NCBI GenBank assembly: GCA_000165425.1
Contig: CT868319.1
Span: 62,001 to 126,000 of the forward strand
DNA: 64,000 bases
Reading direction: 5' to 3'
Source of the DNA: Paramecium tetraurelia
Lineage: Eukaryota
Shown piece by piece: positions 28,902 through 41,721 of this stretch; the first letter of the stretch is position 1; every line of letters starts with the position of its first letter. The notes beneath the pieces are model-generated. The model saw nothing but the letters and a program-made list of their open reading frames with translations. It was not told the origin of the DNA and did not search any database. The position numbers and the translations under genes are program-made.

Positions 28902-30750
28902 TCAATAATCAAAATTTTGTTACAGATATTTAGTAAAAGACGGATCCAATTGAGTTTAATCAGTATAAATAGAAAATGTTAAAAATGTTTTATAATTCGA
29001 TAAACCTTGTTAGTACTCTTATTAAATTTAGATAGAGCCTTAAGGGCTAAGAATCTTTAAAATGATTCGATTCACAATACATTCAATTTCAAGTGATTTT
29101 TAAGAATCTAAACTTATTGATTGATAAAATTATGATTCTATATTTTCAATTTGATCTTTATGCTCAAAAATATAAGAAAACTAAATTATTTAAAGATCTT
29201 GATTTGTCTTTTCATTTTTATCATTTATCGAACTCTATTAAACTTGTTTTTTATCAATTGATAATTGAATACAACTCCTAGGTTCAGATAACTTTAAAAT
29301 CTTATTAAAAATATTTATTAGAAGCTAAGTCAATAATTTGCTGTTTAAAGTAATTAATTGTAATTCTAAATCATATGAGCAATTAAGCAAGAATTACTTT
29401 CGATGTTATTGAGTATAATATATAAAATAATCTAACAAAGCTTCGTTTAGTTTTTCAATTGTCAATGTTTCATATTATTACTTTAAAAATGATATTCTAC
29501 CTTTTTATAGATATATCAAGTGATTTTTTATGTAGTTTAATGAAAATTAAATATTACTGTAAGATTTCCTCAAAATTTCATTTTCAATAATTAAATGATC
29601 ATTAAGATTTAACAATGTTTTATAGAGCTCTTCAAATTTATTACCAATTACCATAAGAACTGATTTAAAGTTTTCATTTAAATCTTTTATAATATGTTCA
29701 TATTTTTCAATTTAATGTTTAGCTTGATTTTCTTTAATAGAGAGAAAGAATTGAGTTTTTTGATTTTCAAATTTCAAAATGTCAATTAAATATTTTTCTT
29801 TTCCATTATTTGTTTCAATTAAGAATCTATCTTAATTGAAATAATCTAATTTTTGTTAAACCAACTCAAAGAGATATTCTTCTAAATTGATTTGTTTATT
29901 TATTTATTTATTATTTAAACTTCGATATGAATTTTAATTATTTCTGTTGATAATTGATTAGCTTCTTAAAAATTCTTTTACATTATTCTCATCTAAATCA
30001 GTTTTATATAGAGATTCAAACTTCTTATTAGCAAATGAAAGTTGAAAGCTTCTTGAATTCTCATCATACATTATAGCAAATAAAGAATCATTTGTAAATT
30101 CATATAAAATCGACCTAATTTATAAGGCAAAATTTACTTTTGTATTTCTACTGATTTGCTAAGGAAAAATTATGATCTTCTATTATCTTCATATATATAT
30201 GTCTAAACGCCCAATAAAAAAAACATAGAAAATGAACAAACTATATATTAAATGTATGCAATTTCAAATGGAACAAAGAAACCTATTATTGCGCAATTAG
30301 TTATGAGCACATATAAAACTTTCAATCTACTATCACAATGTTACAAAACACAAGAGTGCAGTACGCCGGATGTAATACCAAAATCATAAAGAGGTCTTAA
30401 AATCAATAGAAATCTTACACGTAAAATCCAATATAAGCTAGGAATATTCCTCCTGCTACATAACATACATATAAAATTGAAAAAATAGGCTTTAAACAAT
30501 TTTTAAATTTCTGACTAAAGAATAATATTATGAGGTGCATAAGGAAAAAAACAGCCATCAAAGTAATCAAGTAAGCCGATTAATCTTGAATTATAAATGC
30601 CAGCATTCCAAAAAAGCAAGGTAACATAAGAGTAACTAATAATGCTCTAAAAAATAATAATCTTTGATTATTAAGATAGTTGTTATATTCTGTTTCTTAA
30701 ATAGGGTTAGAAAACGAAAATGTCCATACCTTAAAGAAATTTGTCATCAT
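28902..30750 (-). CDS. 6TM + PAS-like + degenerate histidine-kinase-like membrane protein, paralog A
   Basis: Two introns; ~6 hydrophobic helices ending EDNRRSQF; LSFANKKF (PAS-like); N-box-like QQIIDLASNK/LINIFNK region; C-terminal VNRIILKILSPQGSIQIQ..TFLTFSIY resembling the end of HATPase_c. Confidence 0.7.
29697..30115. repeat. Near-identical direct repeat, copy 1 (copy 2 at 31930-32348)
   Basis: Offset 2233 nt; 29697-29899 vs 31930-32132 differ at only 2 positions by eye; the remainder is still highly similar. Confidence 0.9.
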
Positions 30751-31137
30751 TATGATATGTTGTTACAATCTTTTTGAAAATAAATTATTATAGGACCTAA
30801 TTAATTTATAAAACATAAGTACAATAAATTTTAGAGTAAATGATAAAATAATTTTTGAGGATGATTTTGAGTGGTCAAATTTGAATTTTATTAATATAAT
30901 TATAAATTCAATCCTGCAATTTAAACTTAAATATATCATAACAATATTTCCCTAAATTAAAACCCTACATTTATTGCTAGATAATTTGAGACATTTGTTG
31001 TGATAAATACAAAAATATGAATTAATATAAAAGAAATGGTTTGATATGGAAAAAAATAATACGGGTTAAAAAATGTGAAGATAAGTTATTAAACAGGAAT
31101 TATGTATTTTTATAGCTTTATTAATTAAACTTAATTA

Positions 31138-32978
31138 TCAAAGATTATATAAATCAACATATTTAGTAAAAGATGGATCCAATTGAGTTTAATCAGTATA
31201 TATATAAAATGTCAAAGTTGTCCTGTGATTTTATAATTTTTCTTAATAAATGGATTAAATTTAAATAGAACTATAAGGGCTAAGTATCTTCAAAATTATT
31301 TAATTCACAACACATTCAATTTAAAATGGATATTGAGAATCTAAATTAATAGATTAAGAAAATTAGAATTCTAAATTGTCAATTTGATCTTTATGTACAA
31401 AAATGTAAGAAAATTACATTAACTAAAGCTCTTAATTTCTAGTTAAATTATTATCTTTTAATAACTGATATTGTATTAATTTTCTATCAATTTGTAATTG
31501 TATAGAACTCTTATCGTTCGATATTATTAGAATTTTATTGAAAATATTGATTAATAGCTAAGTTAATAATCTTGTATTTAAAAAAATTGATTATTATTCG
31601 GCTTCACTCAAATAAACAAATTAAAATTATTTATGGTATTATTTACTGTAATGATGAAAGTATTCAGACAATTCTTCAATTAATTTTTGAACTTTAAATT
31701 ATTCAAATTATTATTTTAAAAATGACATCTTTTCTTTCTATAAATAGATCATATAATTTTTTAAATATATTAGTGAATATTAAATATTGCATTGCAATTC
31801 TTTAATGAGATCAGTATTTTCTTGAAGATCATCTTTTAAATTTAGTATTTATTTATATAATCTTTCTAATCTATGAGAAATTAGTAAGAGTACAGAAATA
31901 AAAATAGTATTTAAAGATTTTATTTTAGTTTCATATTTTTCAATTTAATGTTTAGCTTGATTTTCTTTAATAGAGAGAAAGAATTGAGTTTTTTGATTTT
32001 CAAATTTCAAAATGTTAATTAAATATTTTTCTTTTCCATTATTTGTTTCAATTAAGAATCTATCTTAATTGAAATAATCTAATTTTTGTTAAACCAGCTC
32101 AAAGAGATATTCTTCTAAATTGATTTGTTTATGTATCTATTTATTATTTAAACTTCGATTTGAACTTTAATTATTTCTGTTGATAATTGATTAGTTTCTT
32201 AAAAATTCCTTAACATTGTTCTCATCTAAATTGGTTTTATATAAAGATTCGAACTTTTTATTAGCAAATGAAAGTTGAAAGCTTCTTGAATTTTCATCAT
32301 ACATTATAGCAAATAAAGAATCATTTGTAAACTCATATAGAATCGATCTAAATTATAAGCAAATTTTACTTTTGTGTTTCTAATTTTTTGGTCAGTAAAA
32401 ATTAAGACCTTCTATTATATTCAATTAAATATGTCATGATACCCAATAAAATAAACATAGATATTGAAAAGACTAAGTATTATATTTAAGCAAGTTCAAA
32501 CTGAACAAATAATACTAAAGCCAACCAATTGGCGATAAATAAAAATATCACTTTGAACCTATTGTCGCAATATTATAAGGCACAGCTGAACAATAAACCG
32601 CAAGAAAGCCCAAAATCAAAAAGCGGTCTAAAATAAGAAACTTTCTTACACTTTAAATCCAATATAAGCTAAATAAAAAGCAGCTGTTATATAAGAAGCA
32701 TATAGGATTGTCATAATCAACTTTAAGCAATAAATTAGTTTATAGCTAAAGAATAAAAATACTATATGCAAAATGAATAAAACTGCCATAAAACTCACTA
32801 AATAGGCAGATTAATTTTGAACAATAAAGACCAGCATTGCAAAAAAGCAAGAGAGCATTATTGTGATTAATAATGCTCTTAAAAAAAAGAGCCTTTAATT
32901 ATTGAGAAAATCCTAATATTCTGCTTCATAAATTGGGTTAGTAAACTAAAGTTTCCATTATTTAAATAATGATGCCAT
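31138..32978 (-). CDS. 6TM + PAS-like + degenerate histidine-kinase-like membrane protein, paralog B
   Basis: Tandem paralog of 28902-30750 with the same two intron positions; ISHRLERL (H-box-like), NTRLLTQLLINIFNKIL (N-box-like), VNQIILKILSPYSSIQIQS..TTLTFYIY. Confidence 0.7.
31930..32348. repeat. Near-identical direct repeat, copy 2 (copy 1 at 29697-30115)
   Basis: Direct visual alignment with copy 1. Confidence 0.9.
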
Positions 32979-34090
32979 TTCCTTTTAACTAATAAAATTT
33001 ATAAAAACTATTTACTATCATTATTACTAATAAATATGAATAAATTTTCTCTTTTTTTTGATATTGTGTATAATGAAAAAATTTTTGGTTTTCTTTGCTC
33101 TAGGTTTAAGGTTTAAAAGAATACTTGAACTTTTTTACTTGATGATCTGAAAAAAATATTTATAATTTTCTATTTTATCATTAAAAAGATTTAATATATA
33201 TTAAAAATTTCACAATTTTTCGAAGGGTTTTGAACATGAATGGTTAGAAGCCTATGTTTTATTGATATACCTCATATTTACTGTTAATTTAGAACGTGTA
33301 GAAAATTTTGTTCTAATTTAATTTAGTTTAATTCTCAATTTTGGTAAAATTAAGACTGTTAAAATTCTGGTAATCTTATTAATCATATACTTATCATTAT
33401 AAGTTAAGACAACTGTTATTATAAAAGAAAAGGGATTCATTATAAAACTATCTAATTTCTTATAAAATTATAATTCATGAGATTCATATATATCAAGAAC
33501 TGTGAGTTAAATTAATAGTATATTTTATCCAATTCCCTCTTATCGGAAATTAAGTTAATCGAGAATATTAATTGCTACTATGAAGTAATTAAGTTGCTTA
33601 TCATTTCATAAATAAATAAGTGCAATTAAAATAGAAATCTATTTACTTGATTATAGAAGTTTTTTTTTCTCAAAAAACAATAGTTACTATTTTTATGCAC
33701 AAAAAAGAATAAAAATAATAAGTTTTGAAAATTAATAATGAGATTAAGGAAAATTATATTAAATTATGTAAATATAAAGTGAATTACTTAAAATAAGAAT
33801 AAATCAAATTGATTAAATGGAAATTTAACTTGAGTAAAAGATAAATTTGATAATTTTAATTTTGTAATAAAATGCAATAAAATATATTTCATTTTTGTAT
33901 ATTTTAATATTATAGCTAAAATTTATATATATTACTAAAATAAATCCAAACTTGCAAAATACAAACATTCAAAGTAATCCTAAATCACAATAAACAGATT
34001 AAATTAGATTTCATAAATAAAAGGATTTTTAAATAACATGTATAAAATAATAAATTAAATTAATATTTCTTGATCACAAAAAATTAAAAC

Positions 34091-35004
34091 TCATGATTAT
34101 TGTAATGTTTGCTAGGATTAAAGTTATTGTTGTTATGATTCTGGGCCCTAGTTTAGAAACAGCATTTCATTAAAGGCAAGGAGAAAGTCTTTTAGATCTT
34201 CTTATTTTAGAATGGTTGTTTTTTCTGGCTATTTTGTATTAGTATTATTGAGTTTATTGATCTCAAAGTCTCTAAGTTCGCTTTCAACATATTCAAGCCA
34301 TACTTTATAGGCTTCCTCTTCATTAGTGGTTTGTGGCATATTCAATTAAGGTGGAGGCGACATGTATGGAGTGTATGAAAATTAAGAAGATGCCACTAAA
34401 AAAGTGCCTACTAAGATCACCCATGAATGAAACACCAAGGGTGCATAGGTGCGATAGGAATCAAGAATCAAGATTTTGAGAGTGTGAAAAGTGGCTTCTT
34501 CAAATTTTTTTGGCACACATTTTTTACAGATTACCTCAATGTAGTCATTGGGTAATTTGATATCGAATTCATATTCAATTACTTTTAAGATTCTACTTTC
34601 AGCTATGCAGAGCTTGTTTTATAATGATTACATTAGAGCCTCATTTGCCATTCTTGTTTGTTCAATTGATTACATAATTTTATGAAAGCTGATTAGCAAT
34701 TTTCTCATTCTTGGATCGCCATCTTTAATTTTTTAAGCTAACAAGAGGGAGGCAGCTGCAACAATCTAAGGTAAATATGAAATCTTACAAATCTGTCATA
34801 TTGTAAATAGCATTTATAATGAAAGAAATAATTACACAAATGGATCGCTAAGGATACTGTAGAATATGAATTCAGTTCTAGATTAATGGCCAAATCAATA
34901 ATGAACTGTGCATTTCCATTTAGTAATTTTCTTTGTACTTGTGCAGAAATATCATATTCTGTGTTAATGTTCTGAAAAATGTCTTTCTTCTTAATTAATT
35001 TCAT
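34091..35004 (-). CDS. Transcriptional cyclin (cyclin T/K/L type)
   Basis: AQFIIDLAINLEL..TVSLAIHLCNYFF..YDRFIVAAASLLLAQK; AESRILKVIEYEFDIKLP; ILDSYRT; one 23-nt intron; spliced length 891 nt. Confidence 0.82.
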
Positions 35005-35030
35005 ATTTATTTTTATATTTATTAAAATCA

Positions 35031-35466
35031 TCATATGTTTTCAAGAATTTTTAATGGATGATGCAGTCTTTTTTAAGATGATCGAGTACTCAGAGGGCCT
35101 GGACTTTTTTCAGCCAATTTGAATGTACTCTTTTCAATAAAAATCTCTTTTGGTTTAGGAATCCTTGATGTTCGAGCGGAATTGATTGATTAATTTTCTT
35201 CAGAGGGTTCAGATTCTTATTTGAGATAGGTATCATGTGGGGAATCGACAATCATTAATAGGTGTTCATACACTTATTATTCATTATATTATTTAACATT
35301 AGTTAATAAAGGAGTCATTCGATCATCTGTTGTTATTAGCAAATCTACAGTCATAAAAGTAGAAACCTTTCAATCTTCCTTTTCTATCTTAACTTATTAG
35401 TTAGCGTTTATGCAAAGTGTAGATGCAATAAAACAATCTGCCAAATTCGGTATCGATTAGTTACAT
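35031..35466 (-). CDS. Hypothetical protein (~137 aa)
   Basis: MQLIDTEFGRLFYCIYTLHKRQLISQDRKGRLKDLLI...; 22-nt intron; spliced length 414 nt. Confidence 0.6.
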
Positions 35467-35513
35467 GGAAAAAATAAATAATTTATTATTAAATTAAGTA
35501 TTTTAAGTTATTA

Positions 35514-36692
35514 ATGAATAGAATCAAATTGAACAGTCTCTAACAAAAGGTACATGAAGCGATAATAATGTAGGTGATTCCAGTCATAAGGGATGGGTTG
35601 AATACAATTATATCAACTCCTAGTGGAACAGGAAAGACTCTTTGTTACTCAATTCCAATTATTGAATAGAAAAGATCAATCGTTCTCACTCCAACAAAAG
35701 AGTTGTCAATCTAAACTTATAAGACTATAAGGGAATTGGATCCTAATATCAGAGTAAGCAGAATAGGGTCTATCGGATTGATTGCTCCAATAGTTGAAAT
35801 GATTGTAATCTGATTAATTAAAAAAGAGCGATTTAGAAGCAAAAAAATTATAGAATTATGCAAAGGAAAGATTACAAAGAATGAATGATTCTTTGAGAGG
35901 CTAATTAAATTGGGATTTGGTTGATATTTGTATATCCACTCCAGGTTAACTAGCTCAATTAGTAAAATTAGGGTGTAGGATCCAAGAAGTAAATTGTTTA
36001 GTAATAGACGAGGCAGATTTAACTTGGGGGTATGTTTTTGATGTTAATCATAGGGATGTAAGTTTTCGAGAGAGTATTTACACTATATAAAGATATCTGA
36101 ATATAAATTAATTTGTGCTTTGCAATTCAGTCAACACAATTAAGGATGAGAAGGAGATGAAAACTGTTGATGGCAGCAAATTCACTTCTTATATTTCTAA
36201 AGATTACATGTAAATACCAAAAAGGAAAATAGAATTTATGGATAAACCTCTTCAAGAATATTTAGACAACCAGAAAACAATTATATTTGTAGATGGTGAG
36301 AAAGAGTGTTAGGAAGTTTAAAAAATTGTTGGACCTAGTAAGTGTTTCAATTCTGGATAATCAGTAGAGGAAAGAATTAGAAATGTAGAAGAATTTAGAA
36401 AAAATGAATGGAAGTATTAAGAATTAATAAAAATAGAACTTTAATATGTACAGGTCTCGGAAGTAGAGGATTAGACTTTCCAGATGTCACTTAAATTATT
36501 ATGTATGATCTTCCAAGAAATTTTGAGGCATTTCTTCTTTAGTGTGGGAGATTAAGATAGGAGAATGGAAGAAGTAAGTAATATAGTAATTATGTAGTTA
36601 TTGTGAGATTGAAGGACTCGTTTGAATCAGCAATTTATAGTGAATATGAGAGATACAAATATGTATTCCCGAACAGTTGTGTAAAATTGTGA
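35514..36692 (+). CDS. Divergent minimal DEAD-box RNA helicase-like protein
   Basis: TPSGTGKT, LTPTKELS, ISTPGQL, VIDEAD, TIIFV, GSRGLDFPDV; motifs III and VI degenerate; several tiny introns. Confidence 0.85.
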
Positions 36693-36717
36693 ATATTGAG
36701 TGTTAGAAATTATTATT

Positions 36718-38237
36718 ATGTTAATTTTTAGAAAGTTGTATAAATTCTCATCATGTAAAATAATGGCGATTAAATCATAGAATTTAAAGAGTCCACTCTG
36801 ACTGCTATTTCACCTCTGGATGGAAGATATGCCAGTTAAACAGCTGTAATCAAAGATTATTTTAGTGAATATGCATTAATGAAGTATTATCATTCTTGTC
36901 ATTCTAGATACCGAATCAAAGTGGAAATTGAATGGTTAAAGTTCTTGCATTCTAAGAATATGATAAAGCAGTCAAATTCAGTTTTGAATTTGACTGCTTT
37001 AGATTTGACTTATTTGGATTTGATTTATGATAAATTCGATGTAACAAAGTCATTCAGAGTTAAATAAATAGAAAGTACAACTAATCATGATGTCAAATCC
37101 ATTGAATATTACATCAAAGAAGAATTGGACAAGAGTATTAAACTGTTATTACATATATATAGATCCAATATTGCATTCAATGAAAGAATATGTCCATTTT
37201 TGTTGTACAAGTGAGGACATTAACAATATTGCTTATAGTTTGATGATGACTGATGCCAAAAACAACCTATTAATGAAATCATTAGAAGGAGTCATTAATA
37301 AATTAGTACAATTATCGCATGATCATCATAATGTCCCCATGTTGAGTCGAACTCATGGCTAAGTAGCTTCTCCAACTACTGTGGGAAAGGAGTTTGCTAA
37401 CTTTGCCTATAGAATCAGGAATCATTCAGAATTATTGAGAAATCTTAAATTTGAAGCTAAATTGAATGGTGCTGTTGGAAATTACAATGCTCATTTATTA
37501 GCATACCCAAATTATGATTGGCCCATTCTAAGCAAACAATTTATAGAGGAACTCAAACTCAAACACAATCCCTTCACCACTTAGATAGAGCCTCATGATA
37601 GCGTCGCCCTCTATTATTCTTATCTCAATATAATCAATAATATCCTGGTTGGATTATCAAGAGATGTTTGGAGTTATATCTCAATTAATTATTTCGAATA
37701 AAAAAGTATTAAATCCGAAGTTGGTTCATCCACTATGCCACACAAAGTTAATCCTATTGATTTTGAAAATTGTGAAGGCAATTTAGGACTATCCAATTCC
37801 TTGGCTCAACATTTTATGAACAAATTAGTAATCTCACGATATCAAAGAGATCTATCCGATTCTACTGTAATGAGAAATCATGGAGTGTGTTTGGGATATG
37901 CAGTGGTTGGATATCGAAGTTTAATCAAAGGACTTGATAAGATATCGCCTAATTATGATACTATTTTAAATGATCTAGAGAATGTACTATAGACTTAGTA
38001 ATTAAATAGCATTGGGAAGTCTTAGCCGAACCCATCTAATAGATTATGAGATAGTATGGTGTTGCAAATCCATATGAATAACTTAAGGAGTTGACAAGGG
38101 GATAAAAAATAACCAAGGATTCTTTGAGAGAGTTCATTTCCAAATTGGCCTTGCCTGAGGATGTTAAAAAGAAGTTGTTGACCTTGGAACCAAAGGATTA
38201 CATTGGAAATGCTGACAAGATGGCTAGATTGATATGA
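36718..38237 (+). CDS. purB: Adenylosuccinate lyase (PurB type)
   Basis: LTAISPLDGRY, TNHDVK, HFCCTSEDINN, MLSRTHGQ, KLNGAVGNYNAH, TTQIEPHD, GSSTMPHKVNPIDFENCEGN, SRYQRDLSDST; four tiny introns. Confidence 0.96.
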
Positions 38238-38466
38238 TTGGTTTTTAAAAAGCAATAATATATAAAATATAGTTCTTTTAAGTTCAGCAAGATATTTTTC
38301 AAGGTTCTTTAGGAATTTAGAATTTTCGTCTTGGAGTGGGAAACGTAGTTAAAAAAGATTTGTTCATTAATAAATAAATATTTATATAATTATTGATTAG
38401 AATATCTTAGCAATTATATATTTCAGATGGGGAATTTGGAAATTTAGATTATTATTAATATCATAA

Positions 38467-39371
38467 ATGGATTAAAAGGATTAGAAGGATTTCATCATTG
38501 ATACTTAAAGTGAATTCTTCACGAAGAAATTTCAAGTGACTCTTACAAAAAGGGAACCAATCAATCACGATTCCTATATGTTCAGATTCGATTTCAAAAA
38601 TCACAAAGAGAGATTAGGCATGCAAGCTGTTTAGCATATCAAAATCTAGTAAGTTTTGAATATTAATATTGAGTGGTCTTAACATGAAGGGTGAGATTGT
38701 TGACAGAGCATACACTCATGTTTCGGAAGAGGATGGATACTTTTTAATACCTATCAAAATTTATAGACCCAATGTTCACCCTCAATTTCCAAATGGAGGA
38801 GAGCTAACACCATGGTTGGAGAATTTAGAAGTACCTCTTTGTAATATCGTAATAGCTTCATTCTGAATTGACAATTAAAAGGTGTGTAGGCAAGTTGCTT
38901 TATCATAAAAATCAATTTATTGTTAGGCCAAAACTTAATAAGACTTGGTAACAATTCAGTACAGTATTGCTCATTTGTGGAGGAAGCGGTATCACTCCAG
39001 CCTACTAATTAATCCGAACCATTTGCAGTGACCAAAATGATAACACCAAAATGGTCCTTTTGTATGCCAATAAAACTGAATAAGATATTTGGTTAATAAA
39101 AGATTTAAATGAATTATCTGACAAGCACAAAGAATAATTTACAGTTCATTACACCTTAGACAAGGTATTTATATATATGATTGTCTTTAAGTCTGAGGAG
39201 AATTGGAAGGGTCTCAAGGGATTTGTGAGTTTAGAAATGATGACATCAATATTCCCACAGCCAACTGAAACTACATTAGGAGTATTATGCGGACCTAAAC
39301 CCATGAACAAGTTAGTCCTATCGCTTTATGAATAATTTGGATTAAAGAAAGAGAACATAGTCAAATTCTGA
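38467..39371 (+). CDS. NADH-cytochrome b5 reductase-like FAD oxidoreductase (no membrane anchor seen)
   Basis: INHDS..FRF, RAYT, IKIYRPNVHPQFPNGGELTPWL, CGGSGITP, LLYANKTEQDI, VHYTLD, LCGPKPM, terminal KF*; three introns. Confidence 0.9.
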
Positions 39372-39559
39372 GTAGGATGTTGTATTAAATAAAAATCTAA
39401 ATAATTAAGAGTTTTCTCCTTTGAACTCAAATTATCAAATCATGACATAGTCTTAGACTCTTGTTTGAGTATGCCAAGCCTTAAAGTTTCAATAATAAAC
39501 TCTATAAAAATCGTAAAATAACATTAACAATTTGAATATAATCTCAATACTAATTTTAA

Positions 39560-40594
39560 TCATTTATTTGTTTGGCATTTGATAGCTTTTTCTATTCTAT
39601 CTTTCAGATTCGAATCAATTAGATTATTCACTTATTTATTTTGACAAATCTATTTCAATCTTTGATGCAATCTAATCATCTCCTCCTCCTCCATAATTTG
39701 TTTTCTAAATCTAATTCATTATGTGTACTTATGTTATTCTATTTTCTCCTTTATCAATTATTATTATTATTATTTATACTCGGCTATTCTTTGGTGACTT
39801 TCATGTCTAGCATCCTCTTTCTTAATTTGAACATCTATTTTTGACTTAAATTTTTCATTCAACTTAGCTTGCTCTTTTTGTTTTTCCATTTCTTTTGTTT
39901 CTTGATTATATTTGACCTTCTAAAAATTAGTTTCATTTATTTCATGCAATCTCTTGACTTAATCTTCAATCATCTTTTTTTATAAATATCTTATTTGATA
40001 CTTTTCTCTTCCTTTCAGTTCTATCTTCAGTATTTGATCTGATTGTCGGTTTTTTTATTTTTATTAAATTACTGCTAGATTTTATTTAAGGAATGTCCTT
40101 CATCTCCTATTTCAAATGAGTGTGTGATTTTGATAACCAATCTTCCTCATTCCAATTCAATCTTCTCATTTCTTCATCCTAAATAAAATAGGCAGGATCT
40201 TCCCCAATCTAATAATTTAGATTAATGAGCTAAAATACTTCTAATAATTCTTAATGGGTTAATTACGCTTTCAGTTTTTATTGCATTTCCAAAGGAGTCG
40301 GAATATTGATGTTCATCCTTTAACAATGACGCCTCTCTTCCTAAGTAAATTTCATAGGTGGATGAACTGGCAGCATTTATATTAAATTTTGATCTTCTAA
40401 CTCGAATTCAGTCTTCCTTGTGTCTATTTCTGATTACATTCTCTCTATTTTTAAGAATTTGTTGCAATAATTCTAAAACTAACTGTTCAGTATCTTAACG
40501 ATCTTCGATCTCAAAATACGTTTCTATAACCTTATAATATTAATGAACTGTACTTTTCATTTATTGAAACTGAAGGAAATTTTGTATTAAACAT
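39560..40594 (-). CDS. Hypothetical coiled-coil protein
   Basis: MFNTKFPSVSINEK...; multi-intron model rich in K/E/Q; TGA at 39560; 3' splicing only approximately resolved. Confidence 0.55.
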
Positions 40595-41721
40595 TATAAT
40601 TTTAGTTAATAAATTAATAAATAGAATTCTTCCCAATATTATTCATGAAAAAAATCAAATGCATACAACTCCCATTGACTCTTATTATTAGTGACAATCA
40701 GATTGATTTTAATTCAAATTTAGTAAATCTATTTGACAATAAAGAAATAAAGCAGTATTTTTAAAAGGAAAAGAAAATAATATTTAATTATCTAAGTATA
40801 AAACTTTGAGAAATTATAGTTTATATTTCTAAATTTATAGTTATTTTTTTGTTAAAATTTTGGAACAATAAAATCATTTTTGGTTAAATGAATGGTGAAA
40901 AATTTCAGTGTTTAAATTAATATATAGACATAGTCTAGATTTATTTATTTATTTGGAATATGCAAACAATTATAATCATTAAATGATTAATCAATTAGAA
41001 AACCCTTCATGAATTTAATACATTAGAAATAATAATAGAAAAAGAACCATAAACTTGAGATTTAAAAATTAGAAAATATTACATATGTCATATTAATTCA
41101 TCTTCCTTTTGTTGACTCAAATTGTTCTTAAAGATTAAGCTAGATTACAGAAAGGTAAGGATTTTCCAACAGTAGCAGTTTATATTAAAAATGCTAATTT
41201 AAAGATTTCTAAAAAAATTAATCTTAAACTCTTTTTAGAAAGTAATTTTAGATGATTTAAATAAAGTCATAAAATTAGAATCTCTTTCTTCAATTTATGA
41301 TTGGTTGAAACCAACTACTGCGACAACGACAGATTACTAATGGTAAACATGAAACTAACTCATGGTGAAAAAAAATTGGAATTCATGACAGAGTATGATC
41401 TTATAATTCACAGGTTGAACATAATCATGTGGTTATAGATAAAAGATGAGAATACTTTATAGGTCGAAATGATCAAATATATTAATATTAAATTAAACTG
41501 TTTTATTTATAAAAATTAATCTAATTGAGACTTTTTATTAAAATTTGTAAATTATGATATTTAAATTAACAGTTATTTATTTTTACTCCAAATTAGATAT
41601 ATTTATGTACATAAACATGTTTTTCGTTAATCTCAGTTGTGCGAATTAAAAATTTAAAGAAAATCTGTGTTTTTAAATCATTAATATATTTTTTTCTAAA
41701 AACTCTTCTTTCCAAAAATAA

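Noticed and set aside
28663..28953. Plus-strand ~95-codon frame (MQDISFGQKVNK...)
   Set aside because: Extremely AT-rich, no recognisable motif, and it overlaps the 3' end of the minus-strand gene; open frames arise easily with one stop codon.
29697..32348. Direct repeats as LTRs or transposon ends
   Set aside because: Both copies lie at equivalent positions inside paralogous coding sequences; no transposase, reverse transcriptase or target-site duplication seen.
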